64,000 nucleotides of DNA from a virus (IMGVR_UViG_3300042874_000443:64001-128000); one strand, 5' to 3'; shown: positions 35,848 to 45,679, counted from the first letter of the stretch. The notes: a model not told the origin generated them from the letters alone. Program-made: numbers and translations.

Positions 35848-36998
35848 TCCACCACAGCGAGAAGGACTACGACGTCGCCCTCGGTGAAGCCACTGCAGGC
35901 TTCAAGGCCAAGCTCGAGGAGATGATCCACAAGACGCAGGGCAGCGCGATGAACGTCATCAACAAGGTGATTCGCGAGACGCCCAACGACCGCATCGCCG
36001 ATTCAACGACGCTGACGTTCGCAACCGACGGCAACGACGCCAAGGCCATCGTCATGGGCCTGCGCAACCGCAAGGCGAAGCACTTCTTCGAGGAGAGCTT
36101 GCACAAGAACGCACTCGATCAGGTCTGCGAGCGCGCGGGCATTCCGGGAACGTACGTCAACCGGCTACTCGAGCGTCCGAAGTACGGACGCGAGTTGATC
36201 GTCGAGAATCTGACGCGCATCTACAAGGAGGAGGAGAACAAGAAGCTCCTCATCCGTTCGGTCGGTTCCGAGGTCCGCGGTGTGCTCTCGAACTCGTTCA
36301 AGCGCATGGACTCGGGTCCCATCATCGAGGCGTTCGCGAAGTCGTGCGAGCAGATCGGCGCCGTTCCCGTGGAAGGCATCGGTGGCGATCTTCGCTGGGC
36401 AGTGAAGGCGATCCTGCCGATGGTGTTCCAGCCGGCGACCAAGCGCGGCATGGAAGAGGTTCTGGCGTTCGGGCTTCAGCTCTCGAATTCCGATTTCGGC
36501 AAGGGCGTGCTCGGACTCAACGCGTTCTGTACGCGTCTGGTCTGCACGAACACCGCGACGCTCGAACAGGTCATGCGACAGATCCACCTCGGCAAGCGTC
36601 TGTCCGACGACATGGAATTCTCCGAGAAGACCTACAAGCTCGACACCGACACGCAAGTCTCGGCCATCCAGGACATGGTCAAGCAGGTGCTGGCGCCCGA
36701 CAAGGTGAACGCCCTCGTCGGTCGTATCGGTGAAGCGCTCGAGGCGCGCATCGATCCGAAGCAGGCGTGGCAAGAGCTGCCCAAGATGGGTCTGCTCAAG
36801 GGTGAGATCGACAAGGTCAAGGAGCTGTTCATGGACGGCGATGTCGAGATGTTGCCGTCGGGGATGACGCAGGCGCGCCTGTCGAACGCGGTGAGCTGGT
36901 TCGCCAAGAGCGCTCCGACGCCCGAGCGCCGTCTCGAGCTGGAGGAGATCGCCGGCGAGTTGTTGCTGCCGAAGGTGAAGGAGAAGGCCGCAGCTTGA
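35844..36998 (+). CDS. DUF932-like protein
   Basis: RGVLSNSF, LSNSDFG...RLVCTN, RQIHLG; start reassigned to ATG 35844. Confidence 0.7.
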   Translation: MIHHSEKDYDVALGEATAGFKAKLEEMIHKTQGSAMNVINKVIRETPNDRIADSTTLTFATDGNDAKAIVMGLRNRKAKHFFEESLHKNALDQVCERAGIPGTYVNRLLERPKYGRELIVENLTRIYKEEENKKLLIRSVGSEVRGVLSNSFKRMDSGPIIEAFAKSCEQIGAVPVEGIGGDLRWAVKAILPMVFQPATKRGMEEVLAFGLQLSNSDFGKGVLGLNAFCTRLVCTNTATLEQVMRQIHLGKRLSDDMEFSEKTYKLDTDTQVSAIQDMVKQVLAPDKVNALVGRIGEALEARIDPKQAWQELPKMGLLKGEIDKVKELFMDGDVEMLPSGMTQARLSNAVSWFAKSAPTPERRLELEEIAGELLLPKVKEKAAA

Positions 36999-37000
36999 TA

Positions 37001-37068
37001 CGAGCCCTCTGCCGGAGTCCTTCGGGACGATGAAGGCTTGGGCTCGGATGCCGCGCGCGACTTTGCGG
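37001..37068 (+). ncRNA. Structured RNA element with kink-turn and UUCG tetraloop
   Basis: CGAGCCC/GGGCTCG outer stem; GCC-GGA-GTCC-TTCG-GGAC-GAT-GAA-GGC. Confidence 0.55.
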
Positions 37069-37112
37069 ACGTAACCCCCTCGAGCGCGCTGTAGAGGGGG
37101 ATGTGTTTTTTT
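37069..37112 (+). terminator. Intrinsic terminator
   Basis: CCCCCTC/GAGGGGG stem followed by T7, between convergent genes. Confidence 0.7.
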
Positions 37113-37115
37113 GGA

Positions 37116-38096
37116 TCAGCCTGGCACGTACGGGATCGACGTCGGGTCGAAGTCCGGACACACCGCTAGCACTGCAGCGAGCGCCGTCGCCGTCAAAGCG
37201 TTTGCCGCAGTGAGCGCCTGCGCTTGCGTGATTTGATCCGACTGTGCCGTTGCGAGCGCAGTGGAGGACACAGTCACGTCGTTCGTTCGTGCGGCGCTGT
37301 AAGCCGTTGCATCCGTTACCGCCGTGTTGGCGTCGGCGATGTAACCCGGCATCGCAGCTTGTTGCGATGTTGCCGTCGTGAGGGCCGCCTGGAACGCCGC
37401 GATACCTACCCCCGCGGGGTTCGCGCCTGCGAAGACATTGCCAGCGGTGAGCAGTACACCGAACTGCGTGACGACAGACGTGAACTCGTTCTTGACGAGC
37501 GTCGTGTCTGTAACGAGCAGAGACGCGCCCGTGAGAAGGCTGGTCTTGTAGATGTAGTCAGCCTGTGCGCGTGTCAGTACTGCATCTGCTTCGGTCTTGA
37601 CCTGGAGCTGTGTGTACCCTGCTTGCTTGGCAGCAGCGTACGCGTTGATCAATGCCTCTTTCTGTGAGGCATCGACGAACGGCATGATGTACGACGCCGG
37701 TGTGGGGTCCGGCGCATTGAAGTTCGTACGGAAGTCGATCCAGCCTTCAATCAGGGCATTGACGCGATCTCGGAAGGCTTGCGCAGCGTCGTTGCCGGTC
37801 TCGAGCGTCTCGTAGATGTTCGTGGACGAGTTCGCCAGGTACTCGATGCCATCAGCTCCGGGGGCCGCAATCCCAGGGTCGCGCCCGATCGGAATCGTGG
37901 TCAGGTCCGCAATGTTTGCGACCCGTGCCAACTTGTCCTGGTCCGGGTCGAGCACATCCACGACGCTCAACACGAAAACGTTGAGGTGTGGAAGCTCGTT
38001 CGGGATGATCGCGGAGATCATGCGGCTGGTGACGAAGAAGGATTCGTTCCCGCCGGGAACTAGCTCGACGTGCCGTTCTTGTTCGAAAACCGCCAC
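37116..38096 (-). CDS. Putative virion protein (Ala/Thr-rich helical)
   Basis: Composition; minus-strand unit downstream of CCTATAAT. Confidence 0.65.
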   Translation of the reverse strand: MAVFEQERHVELVPGGNESFFVTSRMISAIIPNELPHLNVFVLSVVDVLDPDQDKLARVANIADLTTIPIGRDPGIAAPGADGIEYLANSSTNIYETLETGNDAAQAFRDRVNALIEGWIDFRTNFNAPDPTPASYIMPFVDASQKEALINAYAAAKQAGYTQLQVKTEADAVLTRAQADYIYKTSLLTGASLLVTDTTLVKNEFTSVVTQFGVLLTAGNVFAGANPAGVGIAAFQAALTTATSQQAAMPGYIADANTAVTDATAYSAARTNDVTVSSTALATAQSDQITQAQALTAANALTATALAAVLAVCPDFDPTSIPYVPG

Positions 38097-38097
38097 G

Positions 38098-38466
38098 TCA
38101 GGCTCCCTGCACCACGACGGTGCGATCGATGACCAGTGCGCCGTTCTGTACGTTCAGCTCGTCCGCCAGAGATTGCAGCCTCCGGATGGAATCGGCTAAG
38201 TCCGCATTCATTGCACCCACGGTGTCCCATGTCCGGATGAGGCGTGGCAAGCGGTAGAACGCAGCACCAGTGACCTCCGCCAGTTCTGCACTTTCAGGCC
38301 ACTGAGACATGTCAGCAGCGGTTGCGTAGTGGCTGTATTCTCGAGTGATCGTCTTGTAGACGTAAGTGGCCGTGCTCGCGTCTGTTGCAGCGACGACTTC
38401 GTTGGTCACCTCGTAGGCGGGACCGTCAACAATCGCGGTAACTTGGTGAAGCGTGAAGGTGACCAA
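38098..38466 (-). CDS. Putative virion protein
   Basis: GGAG RBS before TTG; CCTATAAT upstream. Confidence 0.65.
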   Translation of the reverse strand: MVTFTLHQVTAIVDGPAYEVTNEVVAATDASTATYVYKTITREYSHYATAADMSQWPESAELAEVTGAAFYRLPRLIRTWDTVGAMNADLADSIRRLQSLADELNVQNGALVIDRTVVVQGA

Positions 38467-38525
38467 GAGATCTCCGTTTTTCTTCGTTACGGGGGCGGGT
38501 GGAGCTTGCCAAGTATCGCCTCGAA

Positions 38526-38533
38526 ATTATAGG
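38526..38533 (-). promoter_or_regulatory. CCTATAAT promoter-like element
   Basis: Exact motif in the divergent gap upstream of 38466. Confidence 0.55.
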
Positions 38534-38554
38534 GTGACACCCTCGCGCCGTACC

Positions 38555-39103
38555 ATGACGTTCCTGGGGATTGATCAATCGTTGATGGGGACCGGCCTGA
38601 GCGTCCTTTCGGACGTGGGCGTGTTGGTGGCATCCGCGCGCATCGATACGGACGAGCTTCGCGACGGTGAGCGGCTCCTCTTCATCAAGAAAGCAGTTGC
38701 ACTGCACCTGGGTCCTGTGGAGTTTGCAGCGCTCGAGGGCTACTCCTACAATTCTACGGGGCACGTGTTCGAGCTTGGTGAGATCGGCGGTGTACTGAAG
38801 ACGCTGCTTGTCGAAAGCAGCGTTCCGTACGTCTCCGTTCCGCCGATCTTGCTCAAGAAATTCGCGACAGGCACGACCCATGCGGACAAGGACAAGATGT
38901 TGGGGGCGGCCTTGGCGCAAGGCCACGACTTCGGCGACGATGACAACCAAGCCGACGCATTTTTTTTGGCCCGTATCGCCCTGGCGTATGCGAAGAACAC
39001 CGCAAAGCACCGCTGCGAGATGGAAGTGATTCACACGCTACGCAATCCGAAGGACAAGAAGCCCAAGCGTCGCGTACGCCGCTTGATCAAAAACGCTGTC
39101 TGA
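38555..39103 (+). CDS. ruvC: RuvC-like Holliday junction resolvase
   Basis: FLGIDQS, ALEGY, LKKFATG...ADK, DNQADA; start reassigned to ATG 38555. Confidence 0.88.
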   Translation: MTFLGIDQSLMGTGLSVLSDVGVLVASARIDTDELRDGERLLFIKKAVALHLGPVEFAALEGYSYNSTGHVFELGEIGGVLKTLLVESSVPYVSVPPILLKKFATGTTHADKDKMLGAALAQGHDFGDDDNQADAFFLARIALAYAKNTAKHRCEMEVIHTLRNPKDKKPKRRVRRLIKNAV

Positions 39104-39122
39104 CAACTGAAGGAGCCTGACC

Positions 39123-42100
39123 GTGCAATCTGCCGACGCCCCGTTCAACTTTCCCGTCGTACAACCCGTCACTGTTCGCAAGCGTGACGGACGCACCACG
39201 CAGCCCTTCGACGTCGGAAAGATCGAGAGCGCCGTACGCAAGGCATGGGTCGAGGCAGAAGGCTCCGTCGACGAGGAGGCGCTCCACTGTGTAGCAACGT
39301 TCGTTTCTGCGACGCTTCATTCGGACGTCACCGACGTCGAGCAGATCCAAGACGTCGTCGAAGTCGCGCTCATGCGCGCGAACCAGTTCAAGGTCGCCAA
39401 GGCGTACATCATCTATCGCCAGAAGCGGACCGAGGCGCGCGCTGTCCGTCAGCAACCGGATGCCTCGGCTGTCAGCGACTACATCCACGCCAGCAAGTAC
39501 GCACGCTACGTCCCCGAGATGCAGCGCCGCGAGGTCTACGAAGAGACCGTCGCACGCGAGGAAGGCATGCACCTGCGTCGCTTCGCACACATCCCGGAGC
39601 TACTTCCTCTCATCACACGTGCGCACGATCTGGTGCGTGAGAAGAAGGTTCTGCCGTCGATGCGTTCGATGCAGTTCGGCGGTACGGCCATCGAAGCCAA
39701 CCACAACCGCATCTACAATTGCTCGGCGACACTGATCGACCGCCCTCGTGCGTTCGCCGAAGCGATGTTCCTGCTCCTGTCAGGCTGCGGTGTCGGATAC
39801 TCCGTGCAGATCGAGCACGTCGAGAAGCTGCCCGCGCTCGTCGACGTCGATGAGAAGAAGGTCGTCCACCACGTCATCGACGACACCATCGAAGGTTGGG
39901 CGAACGCGCTCGACGCGCTCATCAACAGCTACATCGGCGGCTACTACGTCGAGTTCGCGTTCAACAAGATCCGAGGGGCGGGTGCTCCGCTCAAGACGTC
40001 AGGTGGGCGTGCACCAGGTCACCAGAAGCTGAAGCTCGCGCTCGAACGTGTCCGCAAGGTCCTGCACAGCGCGCAAGGACGCCAGCTACGCCCCATCGAA
40101 TGCCACCGCATCCTGTGCCATGCGGCGGACGCGGTGCTCTCGGGGGGCATCCGTCGCAGCGCGATGATCTGCTTGTTCTCGATCGAGGACAGCGAGTTGA
40201 TGCACATCAAGGCGGATCGCGACTGGTACGACAAGGAGCCGTGGCTCGCCAACGCCAACAACTCCGTCGTGCTCAAGCGTGACGAGGTGAAGGAGAAGCA
40301 CTTCAAACGCATCTTCGGGATGACGAAGAACTTCGGCGAGCCCGGCGTCTTGTTTGTCAGCGACTACAATCACGTCACCAACCCCTGCGTGCCGCCCGGC
40401 ACGCGCATCCTCACGCGTGAGGGGTACGTCGCCATCGAGACCTGCGTTAACCGGCCGACCGTCGTTTGGAATGGTCTCGAGTGGCGTACCGTCACACCGC
40501 ACGTCACCGGACATGACCAACCCATCGTTCGTGTGCACCTGTCCGACGGGACGTCACTGGACTGCACCGACTACCACGAGTGGTGTGTGGCCGCGGGGAA
40601 GTGGTCTCGAGACCACACCGAGGAACGTGTGCGTGCGATCGATCTCGAAGAGGGCGACACCTTGATGCGTTACGACATGCCCCTCGTCGAAAACGGCGTT
40701 GACATGCCGTACGCTTATTCGCATGGGTTCTGGTGCGCTGACGGAACCGTCGAGGACGCTGGTCGCAAGACCGCAATGTGTTACGGCATCAAACGGGGCC
40801 TGATCGCACGTATGGAGCACGGCGGCGCGGTGGAACGGATCTCTGACGATACGGAGCGCGGACGCTCGCGTGTGGTCTTCACCTCGAACATGCCAGACAA
40901 GTTCGTCGTGCCCCACAATACGTCGATCCAATCGCGCCTCGACTGGGTCGCGGGGCTCTTGGACGGTGATGGTTCCGTAGTCAAGAATCCGAAAAGCGTC
41001 GGATTGCAGCTCTCTAGCGTGAACGTACCGTTCCTCCGCGAGGTTCGTTTACTGCTCACCACGCTCGGCGTACAGGCGAAGATCGCCGAGATGCATGAAG
41101 GCGGGATGCGCCTCCTCCCAGACGGCCGAGGCGGCAAGGCCGAGTACCTTACACAACCGAGCTTCCGTCTTCTCATCAACGCGACCGACACACACCGTTT
41201 GGTGCGTGCAGGTCTGCGTACAAGCCGCCTCGACCTCTCGGCGGCTGAAACTCTGCCACAACGGGATGCCCGCCGCTTCGTTACTGTTACGGCCGTCGAA
41301 CGCCTGGCGCCTGCGCCTGTTGTCTATTGCTTCACGGAAGAGAGTAACCACACCGGGACGTTCGAAGGCATTGTGACGGGGCAGTGCGCGGAGATCGGTC
41401 TCGACCCGCTTCTCGTCCACGAGGACGGCACCACGTCGACGGGCTGGGCGATGTGCAACCTCTGCGAGATCAACGCTGCGAAGCTCACCTCGTTCGAGGA
41501 TTTTTCGGAGGCGGCATGGGCGGCGACGCTCATCGGTACGATGCAGGCCACGTACACGGACATGCCGTACCTCGGCAAGGTCACCGAAGCGATCGTCCGT
41601 CGTGATGCTCTTCTCGGTATCGGCATGACAGGCATGCAGGACGCTCCGCACATCGCGTGTCACCCCGACTACCAACGCGTCGTCGCGGGCAAGGTCGTCG
41701 ACTGGAACCGCGAGTACGCGGCGCTTCTTGGCATCAACCAGGCTGCGCGCACCACCTGCGTAAAGCCGTCAGGCACGACGTCACTCGAGCTGGGCAACGT
41801 CGGCTCTGGCATTCACCCGCACCACGCCCGTCGCTACATCCGCCGTGTCACCGCCGACGAGCTGGAGGTCGTGTTCCAGGCGTTCAAGACGGCGAACCCG
41901 CACATGTGCGTGAAGAAGCCGGACGGCAAGTGGGTCATCGAGTTCCCTGTCGAGGCGCCCGAAGGTGCGGTCCTCAAGGAGGACCTGACTGCCGAGCAGT
42001 TCATGGAGATGGTGCGTTCGACCCAGCAGAACTGGGTAGTGCCCGGCGCGACCCGTCCCAGCCATGCGCCCGGCCTCTCTCACAACGTGTCGAACACGAT

Positions 42101-42377
42101 CACGGTCCGTTCAACGGAATGGGCCGAGGTTGCCGACTACCTCTGGAAGCACCGCGACAACTTCACAGGCGTTTCGCTTCTTTCGGACACTGGAGACATG
42201 GTCTACGCGTTCGCGCCGTTCGAAGCGGTCAAGACGGAAGCGCAGGAGCGTCGCTGGAACGAGTTGATCGTGGGCTACACGCCCATCGATTACCTCTCGG
42301 TCTTCGAGGCCGAAGACGGCACGAACCTGACGGGCGAAGCAGCATGCGCCAACGGCGCGTGCGAGTGGCGCCCGTAA
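39123..42377 (+). CDS. nrdJ: Class II (B12-dependent) ribonucleotide reductase with ATP cone, intein-containing
   Basis: ATP cone VRKRDG...FDVGKI; LPSMR, YNCS, GGIRRSA, GEPG, NP[intein]CAEI, TCVKPSGT, C-terminal CANGAC. Confidence 0.92.
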   Translation: MQSADAPFNFPVVQPVTVRKRDGRTTQPFDVGKIESAVRKAWVEAEGSVDEEALHCVATFVSATLHSDVTDVEQIQDVVEVALMRANQFKVAKAYIIYRQKRTEARAVRQQPDASAVSDYIHASKYARYVPEMQRREVYEETVAREEGMHLRRFAHIPELLPLITRAHDLVREKKVLPSMRSMQFGGTAIEANHNRIYNCSATLIDRPRAFAEAMFLLLSGCGVGYSVQIEHVEKLPALVDVDEKKVVHHVIDDTIEGWANALDALINSYIGGYYVEFAFNKIRGAGAPLKTSGGRAPGHQKLKLALERVRKVLHSAQGRQLRPIECHRILCHAADAVLSGGIRRSAMICLFSIEDSELMHIKADRDWYDKEPWLANANNSVVLKRDEVKEKHFKRIFGMTKNFGEPGVLFVSDYNHVTNPCVPPGTRILTREGYVAIETCVNRPTVVWNGLEWRTVTPHVTGHDQPIVRVHLSDGTSLDCTDYHEWCVAAGKWSRDHTEERVRAIDLEEGDTLMRYDMPLVENGVDMPYAYSHGFWCADGTVEDAGRKTAMCYGIKRGLIARMEHGGAVERISDDTERGRSRVVFTSNMPDKFVVPHNTSIQSRLDWVAGLLDGDGSVVKNPKSVGLQLSSVNVPFLREVRLLLTTLGVQAKIAEMHEGGMRLLPDGRGGKAEYLTQPSFRLLINATDTHRLVRAGLRTSRLDLSAAETLPQRDARRFVTVTAVERLAPAPVVYCFTEESNHTGTFEGIVTGQCAEIGLDPLLVHEDGTTSTGWAMCNLCEINAAKLTSFEDFSEAAWAATLIGTMQATYTDMPYLGKVTEAIVRRDALLGIGMTGMQDAPHIACHPDYQRVVAGKVVDWNREYAALLGINQAARTTCVKPSGTTSLELGNVGSGIHPHHARRYIRRVTADELEVVFQAFKTANPHMCVKKPDGKWVIEFPVEAPEGAVLKEDLTAEQFMEMVRSTQQNWVVPGATRPSHAPGLSHNVSNTITVRSTEWAEVADYLWKHRDNFTGVSLLSDTGDMVYAFAPFEAVKTEAQERRWNELIVGYTPIDYLSVFEAEDGTNLTGEAACANGACEWRP
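40386..41384 (+). mobile_element. Intein (333 aa) with LAGLIDADG endonuclease and C-terminal Gln
   Basis: Starts CVPPGTRILT, ends VYCF...GIVTGQ before Cys; block B CTDYHEW; HGFWCADG and AGLLDGDG; excision restores NPCAEI. Confidence 0.92.
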
Positions 42378-42401
42378 CTGTTGGTGTGATAAACATACGG
42401 G

Positions 42402-42623
42402 ATGCACAACTGCAGCAATTGCAACGCCCCGTTCGACGCTGATCAAGAGGGTCTCGTCCTCCACCACAAGCACACGGTCGCCACTGCGATCTGTGACGCG
42501 TGCATGACCAACGGTCGTCTCATCAAGCTCGTGGTTCGTCGCGGCGACATCGGCGGCTTCACGTACGAGCAGTTCTCTGTCATCGAGACCGTCGGCGGCA
42601 TGTCGTCCAAGCGCGCAGGATGA
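42402..42623 (+). CDS. Small Zn-finger protein
   Basis: CSNC...CDAC. Confidence 0.6.
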   Translation: MHNCSNCNAPFDADQEGLVLHHKHTVATAICDACMTNGRLIKLVVRRGDIGGFTYEQFSVIETVGGMSSKRAG

Positions 42624-42904
42624 CCGCGCGCGTCGACCACAAGCTCGGGCTCACGCCGATGTTGAAACGACGCGCGTTCCACTACCTACAACGTGGTGTA
42701 GGTCGCTACGAGAGCGATCATCCAGCCTACGACGCCGTCGTCGTGCGTCCGCTCTACGACTGGCAGACGCCGATGGACGACACGATCCCGAGCCAGGGTG
42801 GCTTAGTGGTCGAGTTCCACAAGGACGGCAAGCGTGTGCGCTGGGTTGAGTTCGGCTGCCGTGTGATTGGCGGCGGCGGGCAGCCGATCGTTCGCGAGGT
42901 CTAG
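42620..42904 (+). CDS. Hypothetical protein
   Basis: Start reassigned to ATG 42620 (ATGA overlap). Confidence 0.55.
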   Translation: MTARVDHKLGLTPMLKRRAFHYLQRGVGRYESDHPAYDAVVVRPLYDWQTPMDDTIPSQGGLVVEFHKDGKRVRWVEFGCRVIGGGGQPIVREV

Positions 42905-45090
42905 GTGCCCTGTTGCCCGAACACCGTGAAGTAGATGTACGGGTTCAGGAAGTTCGCGGACAGGTCGACTTCGACGTTGAACAGGTCGTTCGCACGGATC
43001 GTGAAGTCTGCGGCTGTTTGCACTGCGATGTACGGAATACACACGGAGTCCGCGTTCAGCTTGATGTTCGAAAGCTGGATGGAGTAGGCCGCCGAGTTCA
43101 TATTGTTCGCGATATCGACGCGCACCGCACCATTGACTGTGTAGGACCCGTTTACACGTACAGCTTGTGTGACGTTGAAACCGTCAACGACTGTCACACC
43201 GCCACCGAAGATCAGCTGCAGCTGTCCCCAACATTTCGGGATGTTCTTCGAGCGCAGCAGGTTGGTGCTGCCTGCCGCCGATGACGGGTTCGTTTGTACG
43301 CCCGACGAGAATCCGAAGTCCAGGATGCCGGACGCGGCGCCCAGGCGCAGGGTGTTACCGCTCGCGTCTACGAGTCCAACGCCATCAGTCGAGTTGACAG
43401 GGCCGACAGACCCTGCAGACGGAAAACCCGCGACAGGGCCACCACCTGCAGCGATGCGCAGAAAGCGGACGAACGACTGGTCGCCACCGGCACCGTCGGC
43501 TGAAGCGTACTGCCAACCCAACGAGTCCGCAGTGATGTCGTCCTGCGTCCACATACCTGCTGCGTTGTCGTAGAACGCGTTCATCGTGACCATGTAGCCA
43601 AGGAAGCCACTGATCGTTGTGATGTACGTTCGAATCGTCTCGCGCGCTGTTCCCGTATCGACTCGATCCAGGAGCGTGGCCTTGGCCGGAACCGCGGTGA
43701 GGATGCGACGAGCGGTATCGGCGTGAGCGTTGGAAACGCCGAGTCCCGTACCCGCCAGAACCGACGTCTGGAAGTCTTGGATCGCAGAGAAGATGTTCTG
43801 CGCAGAGAACGTGTTGATGCCCGAAACAGCGTTGTTCCGGTTGAGCTTCAGCCAGTTGGTAGCCAGCGCAATGATCTGCGTTGCGAGCGTGCCTGCGGCG
43901 ATCTCGCCTGCGTTGACAATGGAGCCCTGGATCTTGCCCGTGCCCGTCGCACCTGCGAGGTCCGAGACGATCTTGTCGAGCTGTCCTTCGACCGTCGTTG
44001 CGGGGTTCGTCGTTCCGTCGGCCCAGTTGCCGCCGCCACCGTACGCGACGTCGGACGCGAGAGACGCGCTCAGCGGCGCTGCCACGCTGCCTGGTTGGAT
44101 CTCGGTTCCCGTCGCGAACACGAGCTTGTTGTTGACGACCTTGCAGATGGGCAGGGCGTTGACGAGGTTCTCGGGGTGGACGCGGCTGTTGAAGAACGCG
44201 GCCGCCGGGATCGCCGTGTTCGTGTTCTCAGGCAGCGTCTGTCGACGCCCGCTCGTGGTCGCCGTGTCTGTGACCATCGGGAAGTTGACGCACAGCGTGT
44301 CGCCTTCGGCGAGGGCCTGCGTCGGGTTGCTCACGAAGAAGCTGGCGAGGTTCGCCGGCGTGATGGTGTGTCCCTCGCCGTCATAGTTCCCCGAGACGAA
44401 CTGCTTGGCTTGCGTCGTCAGGAGGAGATCGGTACCGAGGGCGCCGCCCTCGAGTACCGCCGTGACGAGCAACGCCGTGTCGCCGATCGTCGTCGGCGCG
44501 AGCAGGTTGAGCGCAGCGATCGTTGCGCTGAGGTTTGTCGTCGGCGCTGCGATGATCTTGATCGTGCGCTGGTAGCCGCTCTCGACGTCGAGCACACACG
44601 AGAACACCGCGCCTGGCGTCACCTGCACACTGATCTGGTCACCGGCCGCGTAGCTCCGACGTTGGCTGGTCACCAAGATCGAGTCCATGCTGTCGCTGGC
44701 GCGCTTGAGATGAAGTGTGCCGTACGCAGATGCAATCGGAGGCACCGGCGGCGCCTGGTTGAAGCCCGGCGTGAGCATCGGCAGGATGTAGAGACTGTTG
44801 GTGACGACCGGAATGCCGTCTGCCGCTGCGGTCGTACTGCCTGCCCATGTGATCTGACCAGGGCCCGCGATGATCAGATTGCGGTCTGCGTCGCGCAGGT
44901 AGAGGCTGTCCGTCTCGACGTTGCGTACGGCTTCGGTGCGCTGTCGAAGCCCTTCCGACGGACGCTGCAGAACTGTTTGTTCGAGCGTCTCGCCGTTGAG
45001 GATGGGCTGAATCGACGTGGCGGTGTTCTCGCCGGTGTCGTTGGCGGTGTTGTTCGAGAAGTCGACGAACTGCTTGACGGGGCCGGGCAT
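42901..45090 (-). CDS. Putative tail fibre/baseplate-attached protein
   Basis: T/A/G/N-rich; fibre-like C-terminus; distal end of baseplate operon; GAGG RBS. Confidence 0.65.
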   Translation of the reverse strand: MPGPVKQFVDFSNNTANDTGENTATSIQPILNGETLEQTVLQRPSEGLRQRTEAVRNVETDSLYLRDADRNLIIAGPGQITWAGSTTAAADGIPVVTNSLYILPMLTPGFNQAPPVPPIASAYGTLHLKRASDSMDSILVTSQRRSYAAGDQISVQVTPGAVFSCVLDVESGYQRTIKIIAAPTTNLSATIAALNLLAPTTIGDTALLVTAVLEGGALGTDLLLTTQAKQFVSGNYDGEGHTITPANLASFFVSNPTQALAEGDTLCVNFPMVTDTATTSGRRQTLPENTNTAIPAAAFFNSRVHPENLVNALPICKVVNNKLVFATGTEIQPGSVAAPLSASLASDVAYGGGGNWADGTTNPATTVEGQLDKIVSDLAGATGTGKIQGSIVNAGEIAAGTLATQIIALATNWLKLNRNNAVSGINTFSAQNIFSAIQDFQTSVLAGTGLGVSNAHADTARRILTAVPAKATLLDRVDTGTARETIRTYITTISGFLGYMVTMNAFYDNAAGMWTQDDITADSLGWQYASADGAGGDQSFVRFLRIAAGGGPVAGFPSAGSVGPVNSTDGVGLVDASGNTLRLGAASGILDFGFSSGVQTNPSSAAGSTNLLRSKNIPKCWGQLQLIFGGGVTVVDGFNVTQAVRVNGSYTVNGAVRVDIANNMNSAAYSIQLSNIKLNADSVCIPYIAVQTAADFTIRANDLFNVEVDLSANFLNPYIYFTVFGQQGT

Positions 45091-45105
45091 GTGAACCTCT
45101 TGGTC

Positions 45106-45660
45106 TCAGGGAACGGCAGTGAAAGCGATCGTCCAGGAGTAGTCGACGACGATGGCCGGAGTTTTCGGGATGTCGGGATAGACCTGGCGGGCGAACAGTC
45201 GCGTAGCGCCGGCAGCGACACCCGGCGTGTTGCTCGCGGACGGCGCTCCGACGGAAATACCCGGGTCACCGGACGTGAACAATCCGGCTTCACGAAGAGT
45301 CGAGCCGTTCGCGTCGCCCGTGTCGAGCGTCGCGATGAACTTGATCTCTCCAGGAGCGCCGGTGACCTTGCCGACGTCGCCGATCACCTTGCCGATGACG
45401 AACGCGCCGAGGTTCGTGTCGGAACGCGCGGCAGCGGTGTTCGAACTGCCCATGCGCATCGAGTAGATCTGCCCGAACCCAGGCGCCGGGTCAGTGGCGC
45501 GCTGTGCGATCAGCTCGACCAAGATGTCCGCTGCGAGGTAGGTGATCTTGTTACGGATCGTGATCCGTTTCCGCACCTTCCGCGTGTGTGCGTCGCGGAT
45601 GACCATACTGATGGTCCCCATCATTGGAAGGCCTTCGCTCTTGCGTAGAGTTTTGCGCAT
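45106..45660 (-). CDS. Tail-collar/fibre attachment-like protein
   Basis: NKIT...MGS...LREAGLF...LFAR...IPKT...YSWTI pattern seen in myovirus fibre-attachment domains. Confidence 0.7.
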   Translation of the reverse strand: MRKTLRKSEGLPMMGTISMVIRDAHTRKVRKRITIRNKITYLAADILVELIAQRATDPAPGFGQIYSMRMGSSNTAAARSDTNLGAFVIGKVIGDVGKVTGAPGEIKFIATLDTGDANGSTLREAGLFTSGDPGISVGAPSASNTPGVAAGATRLFARQVYPDIPKTPAIVVDYSWTIAFTAVP

Positions 45661-45671
45661 GGTTCCGCGTA

Positions 45672-45679
45672 ATTATAGG
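45672..45679 (-). promoter_or_regulatory. CCTATAAT promoter-like element
   Basis: Exact motif in the 20-bp gap, 11 nt before ATG 45660. Confidence 0.6.

Noticed and set aside
37008-37034. Hammerhead ribozyme (CTG...GA-GTCC/GGAC-GA)
   Set aside because: Core CUGANGA and GAAA are not intact; a k-turn explains the sequence better
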